From NCBI GenBank assembly GCA_020137815.1, contig CM035352.1, forward strand, positions 9,238,001 through 9,302,000: a DNA stretch of 64,000 nucleotides, read 5' to 3'. Each line of letters starts with the position of its first letter. Position 1 is the first letter of the stretch. The notes under the pieces are model-generated. The model saw nothing but the letters and a program-made list of their open reading frames with translations, searched no databases and was not told the DNA's origin. Of the stretch, positions 49,487-60,335 are shown in pieces. Source of the stretch: Hormiphora californensis (taxonomy: Eukaryota; Animalia; Ctenophora). The position numbers were made by a program, and so were the translations under genes.

Positions 49487-52400
49487 CTACTCCTTATATT
49501 CACTAAAGTACACTTGTCTAAATAATCCAGATGTTGTCTTTTTAATTTCCTCTAACGCGTTGAGGTGGTGGCTGTTTTTCTGTGTTACTAGGGTGAACAG
49601 AACTCTGTTATTACATTTCTTGGCAGAGATCCAGAAATCACTAGACGTCTTTACCAACACATCACTATCCCCTAGAGAGAGTGAGTTGAGTATTATATCT
49701 ACAGTGTTGGTACTTGGTCCTACTATAGTATATTATATTATTGGGAAGTGAGAAGTTAAGATTTAAATATATCTCAAGTTTAGTATTATATCTACAGTGT
49801 TAGTCCTACACCTTATATATAGGGAGGTGGCTTGATAAGAAACACGTAGCTGAACGTACTTTTGTTGCTGATATATGCTGCCAGATCACACACAGTCCTC
49901 ATGAAGAGGTGGTGTGGTTTTGGTTGGTTGTGGAGGGTAGATTTGAAGGCTAGGTTGTCATGGTTATATAGTACATATCTCACTACATCGCTACTAGATA
50001 CCAGTTGGTGGGGCGGGGAGGCAGTCATAACTCGGGGAATTATCTGAGGAGAATGTAGTGTTATTACCGGGCATGACGTCATTAAACTACCAAATATGGG
50101 CATTATATGACGTCATTAAACTACCTAATATGGTCCTATAATGACGGCATATGACTAAATATGGGCATTGCACCTGTTTCGAGATGATCTGATCGAGGGA
50201 GGGAACATTGGTTGAGATGAAAGAGTCGAGTGTTTTATAGAACGTCTTTGTGCAGGGTGTTGCAGCATCGATCATTAGACACAGTGTGGTATCTCTGTTG
50301 TTGTATACCAGTAGAAACACCTGCAATAGGGGATAATATAATTGGGATTTAGTATTTTAGTACAGGTCTAAATTTACTATTTACCTCCCCACCCTCTCAA
50401 CTTACTATTTACCCACCTCCCCTGCATCCTACCAACTTACTACGGCCCACATACTATTCCTAATATCTCTATTATAATTTGGAGATGAACGACGTCGAAG
50501 TGATGGCCGTTCGTTAGGCGGTATCTAAGCGACAGTCTGCTCCTTCATAAAACGCTCTATAGGCCCAAAGCTGTAAAGCTGTTGCTCACACTTTTGGAAC
50601 TTCCAGTGGGAGTTTGTTAATATTTTCGAATGACTTTTAACATGTCAGTCCCCATAGTTACCGATTCAGTTGCCATGGCAACCGTTTTATTGACGTTGAA
50701 AGGGGCGAAAAGAACCGCCCGGCGAAGCCGGGTGGGTTATCAAAAAGCCCTTACTTGAGGCGCACCCAATGGGTGCGCTAGTTTGTCTAAATGTATGGTT
50801 TTAAAGTGTATTTTAAAGGCAAATATAAGCACTTTTATTTTGACTATAACTTCTGAATGAAATAAGTTAGACACTTCCCGTTTTTTGCATCTTGTTGGCA
50901 TTTGTCTGAGCTTCATTTTCATGTATAAAAATTCATATTTTTCGAAATCTTTCCCGGGTTAGAGTTTGATGAAGTAGGGGTATTTCCAAAATCCACTGTA
51001 GCAGTTTTTCAGCTGTCACTCCTCAACGCCTGCAGGCTGCATGAAATGGAATGCCGTAAAAACCAGGTTGCTTGCCTTGAGAAGACGCAAATTTTGGTGT
51101 ATAATAAATCTTATTTTGGTCCACAACTGAGGACACAGGAGCCAAAAACGTATTTGCAGATTAGACATCTTTAAGGGGCCACTGCAACGAGAGTTTTTGA
51201 CCAAATCACACAAACCCAAGACCAATCTGTAGCAAATTGATTATATTTTATTGGTGAAAATTCTCAAGACCGTATCTTTTAAGGGGGATTTACTAGAACC
51301 TCTGAAATACGAAAAAAGTCGAAAATTGCTAAAAATAACAGTTTTTGCCGTTTTACGCAAAAACGGCACATGACCGGATTTTAATTTTATGTTTTTCGGA
51401 TTCTACGTCAAAAAATACGTGGGGTAGGGTCCGTAACTTCTCGGGTTACTCTAGGCGAGGTAAAACCTCCTTCCAGGACACCGTGTGGAGGTGGTGCGCT
51501 CTTGGATGTGGTCTCTTTTGGGTGTGGTACGCTCTCAGGTGTGGTCTCTCTTCGATCGGGTGCGCTCTTGGGTGCTCTTGGAGGCTCTTGAACTTTATTA
51601 TGGTTCCTTATTGTAAACTTGTCTATACTATTCCTAATATCTATACTATTCCTAATATCTATACTATTCCTAATATCTATACTATTCCTAATATCTATAC
51701 TATTCCTAATATCTATACTATTCCTAATATCTATACTATTCCTAATATCTATACTATTCCTAATATCTATACTATTCCTAATATCTATACTATTCCTAAT
51801 ATCTATACTATTCCTAATATCTATACTATTCCTAATATCTATACTATTCCTAATATCTATACTATTCCTAATATCTATACTATTCCTAATATCTATACTA
51901 TTCCTAATATCTATACTATTCCTAATAAATATCTATACCTGGGTTAGAACTCCATCCTGAGCGTCTGTTGTCAGGTGTAGTCTACTTGCTGTTATATTAT
52001 GATCAAAATTCTCAGGTCCATTTAAATACCTGGTAACACAATTTCAAATAAAGATATAGTTTAATTTGAATAAGAAACAGTTTGTACAACTTAATCAGAT
52101 CCCAATTAGATGGTAATTAGATCTGATATTTAATTACCTTCCCATGTTTTGTAATGATCTACTGATAATCTCCATATCACTCGTCTCCATATGAGCAGGG
52201 AAAAGGATCTTTATAAGGTAGTGGTATAGAATCTGAAGGAGGAATCTTTATTAGGTAGTGGTATAGAATCTGAAGGGATATTGTGGAGTGATAATAATGG
52301 TGAAAGGAACTGAGGGGATATAAGTTAGATGATAAGTAAATATTAATAAATAATTGTGTTAAACCTTACCCTAGTATCGTGTAGGTTAAGCCCAGAATAA

Positions 52401-52502
52401 ACAAGTTTATCTTTATGAAGCAGCACCACATATTTTACAGGGTTATGTCTGTCTTGTAGTGAGTTCACGAACCGCTGTACACACAAACAGGTGTTCGGGT
52501 CT

Positions 52503-52563
<61 letters not shown>

Positions 52564-52589
52564 GAGAGAGAGAGAGGGAGAGAGAGAGA

Positions 52590-52638
<49 letters not shown>

Positions 52639-53752
52639 TGTAGTTTGTGTTACAACCTCCACACACACACAGAGTGAAAGGAACATTGGTTTATCAGTTT
52701 ATAAGTTTGTTAGCAGAACAGTGAGAGTTAGCAGAATAGTGAGAGATACCAGGATGGTATCAAATTGTATAACATTGTACAAGATTGTATAACATTGTAA
52801 AACACTATACAATAATACCTATAGAGAGATATTGGACGCCCAACACGAAGTCATGTATGTCACACTCTCCCACTGAAATAGCAACCCAATAAGGAGCAAA
52901 GAACTTCCTCAGTTTAGCCTGCAATAACATTTATTAGCTGTTGTTATTGTTTAATTCCAAACATTCCGTAATGAAACCAAAGTATCAAAACTTTACTATA
53001 TTTCATAACTAACCCTAAATTCGTTGATCTCCATCCTTGCCATGAGGGCTGCGAAATCTCCATAAAACAGTACAAACAGCTGGTAACACGTCGTTAGAAG
53101 AGATCTTAGAGTGAGGTTTGAGATCAGCTTCATATTTTGTTCTGTTACTGTAACTGTTAGTACCATCCAGAAATCTGGCTCCGGTCCAAAATACACCTGG
53201 CAGCAGGTGTGTGTGTGTATTTAGTCAGGACCACTATTGGTGCGTGTAACATAGTGAACTATCCAAAACCGCCCAATACTACCCAATACTAACTAGTAGC
53301 TACTACCACCCAATACCACTCAAACCTCAATATAATACCTGTCGTGTGTTTTTAGTCTCCAGGACCTCACAAGGGGTATTTGAGAATCGTTTTGCAAAGT
53401 TAGCCATCCCCTCACACAATCCCACCTGTCGTACCTGCACATCTTCTGAGACCTGCCGAGAGGAAAGTAAGGGTGAGTTAGGGTACAGGTAACTTGTATC
53501 CTGCACATCTTCTGACACCTGCCATGGGAGTAAGGGTGAGTTAGGGTAATTTGTAATGAAACACCTTTTTTTCAAGACTGTATTTACAAGATGAACGTCA
53601 TATTCCAAACTAGAACAAACCTTTGTTTTCGTATAATACAGCAATATATTTTCCACCTCTTGGCCTTCTTTTTTACACAGCGTTGAGTTGAAGATAATAA
53701 AGTTTGATAACTCTGGGGGTTTCACCCCAGTATCTTCCTTCTTAGACGCCAT
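49487..53752 (-). CDS. CCZ1: Vacuolar fusion protein CCZ1 homolog, 10 exons
   Basis: Phase-consistent exons 53752-53621, 53452-53339, 53196-53014, 52918-52819, 52500-52370, 52232-52138, 52029-51939, 50320-50174, 50043-49860, 49671-49487; motifs EGQEVENILLY, VGLCEG, EPDFWMVL, ILYHYL, YNHDNLAFKST, SDFWI. Confidence 0.9.
50715..51595. mobile_element. Probable non-autonomous Helentron/DINE-like insertion in CCZ1 intron 7
   Basis: Hairpin CCCGGC-GAA-GCCGGG at ~50718-50732 next to TCAAAAAGCC, which pairs imperfectly with GGCTCTTGA at ~51583; short tandem repeats near that end. Confidence 0.45.
51621..51937. repeat. 18 bp minisatellite, ~17 copies, abutting a CCZ1 splice donor
   Basis: ATCTATACTATTCCTAAT perfect repeats. 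Confidence 0.95.
52505..52636. repeat. (GA)n microsatellite forming the acceptor pyrimidine tract of CCZ1 exon 5
   Basis: Direct reading; it ends at the acceptor at 52501. Confidence 0.9.
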
Positions 53753-53991
53753 ATGCTACCTCATACTAGAGACATGGTGAGACATGAGAGGGATATGAGA
53801 GGGATGTGGTAGAAACACTTTGAAAACACAGACAATATTCAACGGATCAATAATTTGTACACACACACAATATATCAACATCAATACACAGCAATAAATA
53901 TCAATTGTTCTTATCCTCCCTTTTACAACATGTCATTAGGCTTGGTTGTTGTTGTTGTTGGGCTTGGTGGAAGAGGCAAAACAGCACCCCT

Positions 53992-55491
53992 TCACTTGGA
54001 ATCATTAACATATAATTCCTCGATAGTCAGTGTCTTCTTCCTGGAGGTCTGGTCAAGTACCATGGGACAGGGAACACGGAATATGTTAGGAATAAGAGAG
54101 CTAATAGAATGAAATGTTCGCTCTGGTGTCTTTTTAGGCATGATAAATTGAAATGTGCGGCTGGTGATTGTTCCTGTGGATCCGACCTCTATCATGAATC
54201 CTTTAACACATTTCAATACCACTTCAGCCCTCTTCACACACCAGCCGTGGTCCATGGTGGGATCCAGTTCGTGGGTCAGGAAGATGGGGATGGTGATAGT
54301 GTCAATATTATTTTCAGAGGCTAGTTTCAGTGCGTTCTTGAGACCAACCAATAGCAGATCACGTGATGCGATATCTCCTGATACCTCGTGCACTGTGCTA
54401 ACTAGATGAAACACAACGTGGACCTGCCTCAGATTGGAGTGTCGGGTCACATAACACGTGCCCGTGGGTAGAATCATATCCCCTGAGGATACATCTTCTC
54501 TGATCACAGCATCTGGTAATGTATCATCAATAAGATAGTTAGTGGGTGTACGCCGTCTCTCAGTCCCTGGATCAAGTAGTTTCTGTCTCACTTCAGTCAG
54601 CTGAGCATCAAATGGGGGAAAATGAAACTCTGGTACTAGTTCACAGATCTTGGAGAGTTTTTGTGTCGCACCACTGTACAAGTTTAACCGGTTATCAACC
54701 AGTAACATTACCCCTGCTAGAGAGTTAGTGTATAGGGAGAGAGCAGTCTGGAGGCGTTCAGGGGAGGCGGGGTGCCCCACACACAAACTCCATATGTTGT
54801 CTGCCAGGAGACGGAGAGAGTGAGTTATCTTTAGTTGAGATCCGATACTGATGGAGAAACTCTCTTCTAACACTGGACCACTTGTTTGGGGTGGAGTGTA
54901 GTTGTCTGTTACTGGTATACCATGACTAGTTATCTCCTCTCCACCCAGACTCTCCTGGTAACTATCCATTATCCAAGTCTTAAAGGCACTTCTCTGACTG
55001 TCCATTAGGTGGGATATCTTGCTGGCCCACTCGATCTCACAATTCTGGCGTTGTTCCATCTGGCTGGCAGCTAGGTCGTTCACAGCAGTTGATTCCACAT
55101 TGCTTCTATTCACATATTCCTCCATAGATAACACATGGTGCTCCTGTATTCGTTTCAGCTCCTCATTTCTCTGTTTTACTAGATCACGTAGTTCTGAAGC
55201 AGCCTTGTTCTCTCGTGCTCTCAGTGCCGGTAAGAGAGGGGAGTGGTAGAGTTCGTAACATATCTTTCCAAACTCCTCCTCTATTTTCAGAATGTCAACA
55301 GAAGGAGGAGGGTCACATTTCCCATACGACTGCCAGACTTCAACAGAGTCTTCTAAAGCCTCAGCAATGTCAGCAACTAACAAATCCCCCTCCTCCTGTA
55401 TCAACTGATCCTGTTGCTCAGTCACAAAACTCAAGAACTCTACTCGAAAAGCATCCTCTGCAAAACAAGGTATTCTGTAATCCTTGATGTG
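53992..55491 (-). pseudogene. C12orf4: 5'-truncated duplicate of the C12orf4/FERRY3 homolog
   Basis: From HIKDYR onward the protein matches the 56049-57680 copy except at 3 residues; the N-terminus is replaced by CCZ1 intron 1 sequence. Confidence 0.75.
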
Positions 55492-55495
55492 ACAC

Positions 55496-55817
55496 CTGCC
55501 GAGAGGAAAGTAAGGGTGAGTTAGGGTACAGGTAACTTGTATCCTGCACATCTTCTGACACCTGCCGAGAGGAAAGGTTGAGTAAGGGTGAGTGGGGTAA
55601 GTCAAGTGCAGGTAACTTGTAATGACTTCTCTTTTTTCAAGACTGTATTTACAAGAGGAACGTTATATTCCAACTTAGAACAAACCTTTGTTTTCGTATA
55701 ATACAGCAATATATTCTCCACCTCTTGGCCCTCTTTTTTACACAGCGTTGAGTTGAAGATAATAAAGTTTGATAACTCTGGGGGTTTTACCCCAGTATCT
55801 TCCTTCTTTGACGCCAT
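55496..55817 (-). pseudogene. CCZ1: Duplicated CCZ1 exon 1 and intron 1, truncated at the exon 2 acceptor
   Basis: MASKKEDTGVKPPELSNF...YTKTK identical to the exon at 53752; sequence jumps into C12orf4 at ~55491. Confidence 0.75.
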
Positions 55818-56048
55818 CTGCTACCTCATCCTAGAGACATGATGAGAGATATGAGAGGGATGTGGTAGAAACACTTTGAAAACACAGACAATATTCAACG
55901 GATCAATAATTTGTACACACACACACAATTATATATCAACACCAATAAACAGCAATAAATATCAATTGTTCTTATCCTCCCTTTTACAACATGTCATTGG
56001 GCTTGGTTGTTGTTGTTGTCTTGGTGGAAGAGGCAAAACAGCACCCCT

Positions 56049-57680
56049 TCACTTGGAATCATTAACATATAATTCCTCAATGGTCAGTGTTTTCTTTCTG
56101 GATGTCTGATCAAGTACCATAGGACAAGGAACACGGAATATGTTAGGAATTAGAGAGCTGATAGAATGAAATGTTCTCTCTGGTGTCTTTTTAGGCATGA
56201 TGAATTGAAATGTTCGGCTGGTAATGGTTCCTGTGGATCCCACCTCTATCATGAACCCTTTAACACACTTCAGCACCACCTCAGCCCTCTTTACACACCA
56301 GCCGTGGTCCATGGTGGGGTCCAGTTCGTGGGCCAGGAAGATGGGGATGGTGATAGTATCAATATTATTTTCAGATGCTAGTTTCAGCGCATTCTTGAGA
56401 CCAACCAATAACAGATCACGAGATGCGATATCTCCTGATACCTCGTGGACTGTGCTAACTAGATGAAACACTACATGGACCTGCCTCAGGTTAGAGTGTC
56501 GGGTCACATAGCACGTGCCGGTAGGTAGAATCATATCCCCTGAGGAGGCATCTTCTCTGATCACAGCATCTGGTAGGGTATCATCAATAAGATAGTTGGT
56601 GGGTGTACGCCGTCTCTCAGTCCCTGGGTCAAGTAGTTTCTGTCTCACTTCAGTCAGCTGTGCGTCAAATGGTGGGAAGTGAAACTCCGGCACCAGTTCA
56701 CATATCTTGGAGAGTTTTTGTGTCGCCCCACTGTACAAGTTTAACCGGTTATCCACCAGTAACATTACTCCTGCCAGAGAGTTAGTGTAGAGGGAGAGTG
56801 CGGTCTGGAGACGTTCAGGGGAGGCAGGGTGTCCCACACACAGACTCCAGATATTGTCTGCCAGGAGGCGGAGAGAGTGAGTTATCTTTAGTTGGGATCC
56901 GATACTGATGGAGAAACTCTCCTCTAATACTGGACCACTTGTTTGGGGTGGAGTGTAGTTGTCTGTTACTGGTATACCATGACTAGTTATCTCCTCTCCA
57001 CCCAGACTCTCTTGATAACTATCCATTATCCACGTCTTAAAGGCACTTCTCTGACTGTCCATTAGGTGCGATATCTTGCTGGCCCACTCTATCTCACAAT
57101 TCTGGCGCTGTTCCATTTGGCTGGCAGCTAGGTCGTTCACAGCAGTTGATTCCACATTGCTTCTATTCACATATTCCTCCATAGATAACACATGATGCTC
57201 CTGTATTCGTTTTAGCTCCTCATTTCTCTGTTTTACTAGGTCACGTAGTTCTGAAGCTGCCTTGTTCTCACGAGCTCTCAGTGCCGGCAAGAGAGGGGAG
57301 TGGTACAGTTCGTAACAAATCTTTCCAAACTCCTCCTCTATCTTCAGAATGTCAACAGAAGGAGGGGGGTCACATTTCCCATACGACTGCCAGACTTCAA
57401 CAGAGTCTTCTAAAGCCTCAGCAATGTCAGCAACTAACAAATCCCCCTCCTCCTGTATCAGCTGATCCTGCTGCTCAGTCACAAATCTTAAGAACTCTAC
57501 TCGAAAAGCATCCTCTGCAAAACACGGTATTCTGTAATCCTTGATGTGTACCTCAACATGGTCAGTGGGCAGACCACTAATAGGGAAATACACTGGTATC
57601 TCTACAAACACTGACTTTGACTTTGGTACATCGTATGTGAACTGAAAACATCGCTGTGTTTCTGTTGCGGCGGCAACCAT
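56049..57680 (-). CDS. C12orf4: C12orf4/FERRY3 homolog, intronless
   Basis: LEESFSISIGSQLKITHSLRLL, RLQTALSLY..L.GV.LLVD, EFHFP, YVTRHSNL..VHVVFHL, WCVKRAEVVLKCVKGFMIE; first ATG at 57680. Confidence 0.9.
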   Translation of the reverse strand: MVAAATETQRCFQFTYDVPKSKSVFVEIPVYFPISGLPTDHVEVHIKDYRIPCFAEDAFRVEFLRFVTEQQDQLIQEEGDLLVADIAEALEDSVEVWQSYGKCDPPPSVDILKIEEEFGKICYELYHSPLLPALRARENKAASELRDLVKQRNEELKRIQEHHVLSMEEYVNRSNVESTAVNDLAASQMEQRQNCEIEWASKISHLMDSQRSAFKTWIMDSYQESLGGEEITSHGIPVTDNYTPPQTSGPVLEESFSISIGSQLKITHSLRLLADNIWSLCVGHPASPERLQTALSLYTNSLAGVMLLVDNRLNLYSGATQKLSKICELVPEFHFPPFDAQLTEVRQKLLDPGTERRRTPTNYLIDDTLPDAVIREDASSGDMILPTGTCYVTRHSNLRQVHVVFHLVSTVHEVSGDIASRDLLLVGLKNALKLASENNIDTITIPIFLAHELDPTMDHGWCVKRAEVVLKCVKGFMIEVGSTGTITSRTFQFIMPKKTPERTFHSISSLIPNIFRVPCPMVLDQTSRKKTLTIEELYVNDSK

Positions 57681-57744
57681 TTCCAAAACCTATTAACAGG
57701 GTTAATTGAATTCAAATATCGATAATTCACACAGTGTGATTCAC

Positions 57745-58092
57745 ACTACCCGGGTGAAGGGTGTATTCAGCGAATCTCGTGCTACCAAAGAGTACTCTAT
57801 ACCCCGCTTGTGGGAAGAGGAGCCTTGACGTGGTGCGACGGCTTACTACTACCAGTCCTGACTGGGAGTCGTTCACTTCTCCCGGTCTGGACTGGGACCT
57901 CAACGAATCCTCTTTAGAAGAGGACTGCTTCTGGTCTGGGAATTTTTGAGCTCCAAAACTCTGTAACGGCCTCGGGCCGGACAACTACAGTGAATGAGGT
58001 AAAGAGTGTCAACCGACACCATCATACCAGGAGCGGCGGAGCTTGCGAGAGGCTCCCTCATGAAGAGAGCTCCTCTCTGCTCTATTCGACCT
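57745..58092. other. GC-rich, hairpin-dense segment upstream of the gene cluster (5' UTR exon or structured RNA candidate)
   Basis: Series of short stem-loops; bounded on the minus strand by TTTTAAG| and a possible |GTAGT. Confidence 0.3.
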
Positions 58093-58489
58093 TAAAACAA
58101 CAACAAATACAATACAATACAAATACAAAATATAAATTTATAGTCCGCTTTTTGATATACAACAACTCTTACACCTATTTTTTTCAAAGCCCAGACGGCC
58201 TATATGGTCTATGACAAGAAACCACATGACCAATTTGAGTAAACTGATAGATAATCAATAGCACTAACTGATAACCTCAAACAAACCCCTAACATACCCT
58301 AACTGGCATCACTAACGCGTAACGACTGCCAAAAAAATCGAAATTTTTGGGGGTAGGGCGGTGCGACTGAGGAAAACGTTAAAATCTGGGTGCCTTTCAT
58401 TGCTAACAATTCGTAGTTTTAGCGCGCGCGACGGGTTAGGGCTATCCGTTAGGGTCTGGTTAGGGTTTGGTTAGGGGTAAATACAAATA

Positions 58490-58661
58490 CAGTCGGACCC
58501 CGATTTACCGGGATCCTCGGGGGAAAGGGTTTTGCCCGGTAAATCGGGGTGCCCGGTATATCGGGGTCAAATACCGTTATTTTCCCATATCGGGGGAAGT
58601 TTATCCTCCCGGTAAATCGGGGTTCCGGTAAATCGGGGCCCGGTAAATCGGGGTCCGACTG
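58490..58661. mobile_element. 172 bp Tc1/pogo-type MITE with TA TSD, inserted in the LINE tail
   Basis: CAGTCGGACCCCGATTTACCGGG ... CCCGGTAAATCGGGGTCCGACTG flanked by TA; same TIR start as 39895-44514. Confidence 0.92.
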
Positions 58662-60054
58662 TACAAATACAATTATAATTTATATCCCGCTTTTGGGCCT
58701 ATGCATTGTTAGTGCTAGGAGGACGCCGTTTCAATCAGTCGATTGAAGCAACGCACCCACCACTAACAAGCCTTCTAAAGCGGCTCTTATAGGATTATAA
58801 GATCCTAAAGGCCTTAAAAAACCGTCGGCAGTCATTCGATATAATATATATAAATGTATGTAGAAAATAAGGGTTATAAAATATCTAATTAAGAAATAGC
58901 GTAATTAATTCGTTGAGTGATTAAGTAGTTAGATAATTGAGAAATTAACTAGTTAGATAATTGATAATTAACTAGATAGATAATTAACTAGTTAGATAAT
59001 TAACTGTTGATTAATAAGTACATAGTGTAAATACTAAGTAAGTAGTATAGTTTAGTAATTAATTCAAGTAAAAGGCTAGTGATCTAAAAAGGAGGCGAAT
59101 AGCTAAGTAATTAGTTAATGGATAAAGTAACTGTAACAGGATAACCGATAAGGTAATACACACTAACCATATTAATTGCTATATAAGGTTATGATCTAAT
59201 AAATGGCCTATGGAAAATTCTAAAGAAGCTGGTAATAAATTAATGAATAACGAGGTAGAAAAATAAAAAGCAAGAGACCAGAGGTCAGTCAGATAGGTTA
59301 AATACAAAGCTGTTAATAAATTAATTAATTGGAGCGGTAAAAAAATAAAAAGGCAGGAGACCAGTGCAATGGCCAGTCAGAATAAGTTAATTAATGCGGT
59401 TGGGTTTAAAATTTAATGTACGATAAAAACGTTAAGCTAATTATAGTAAGCTGTAAGATAGATAACTGTACTAGACGTAAGTATTTAGGTTCTAATTTAA
59501 AGTAATTTTAAGGTAACTAGGATAGAGAAGATATAAAATTAAGAGCTGCCCAACTTAGAAACTCTAGAGTCTATTCTCCAAACACACTCTTATAAAGTCC
59601 ATGTATGTTTATCGTCTTGATGTCTTCGAGAACGTAATACCCTCCGTGATGTTCACTGAACATTGTTCAGGCTGGCTCACTCGCTCGCTCAAAGAACCTA
59701 TGACTCTACTCTAGCCAGAAAGGAAAGAAACTCAACACACACTGTCACAATACAACCAGAAAATATACTCAAAAAACTCGACACTCTTGACATGATATCA
59801 GACCCCTACTCTACTCATATGTTGGAGGAAAGGACTTCAGATGATGATGTAGTTATAGGGGATGTAGTCAAAATAGGAATGTAGTAATGATAGGAATGTA
59901 GCACAGTAGAGGAATGTAGGACGTAAAAGGAAAGACCTCCCATCCGAGACTTCACCACAACACAGCCTTTCCCACAGCCTATCCCACGATGAATCTAAAA
60001 CTCCAAACCGAGACTCAGCAGATCACCTCAAAACCTCACTTCAAAGCCAAAAGA

Positions 60055-60335
60055 GGCACCACTTCAAAGACCCTACCACCACATCACATGCTACGCCACC
60101 ACTTCACATACTTCACCACCACTTCACAGACTCCACCGCCACTTCACAGACTCCACCACCACGTCACAAACTTCACCACCACTTCACAGACTCCACCACC
60201 ACTTCACAGACCTCACCACCACTTCACAGACACCACCACTTCACAGACTCCACCACCACTTCACAGACACCACCACCACCACTTCACAGACTCCACCACC
60301 ACTTCACAGACCCCACCACCACTTCACAGACTCCA
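60055..60335. repeat. ~21 bp minisatellite in the L2 3' UTR
   Basis: CCACCACCACTTCACAGACT-type units. Confidence 0.9.

Noticed and set aside
51345-51960. IYTIPN-repeat protein
   Set aside because: Translation of the 18 bp minisatellite, antisense within a CCZ1 intron.
53992-55817. CCZ1-C12orf4 fusion protein
   Set aside because: Both available acceptors (55561, 55495) put C12orf4 out of frame after CCZ1 exon 1; the listed 537 aa ORF begins in intron sequence.
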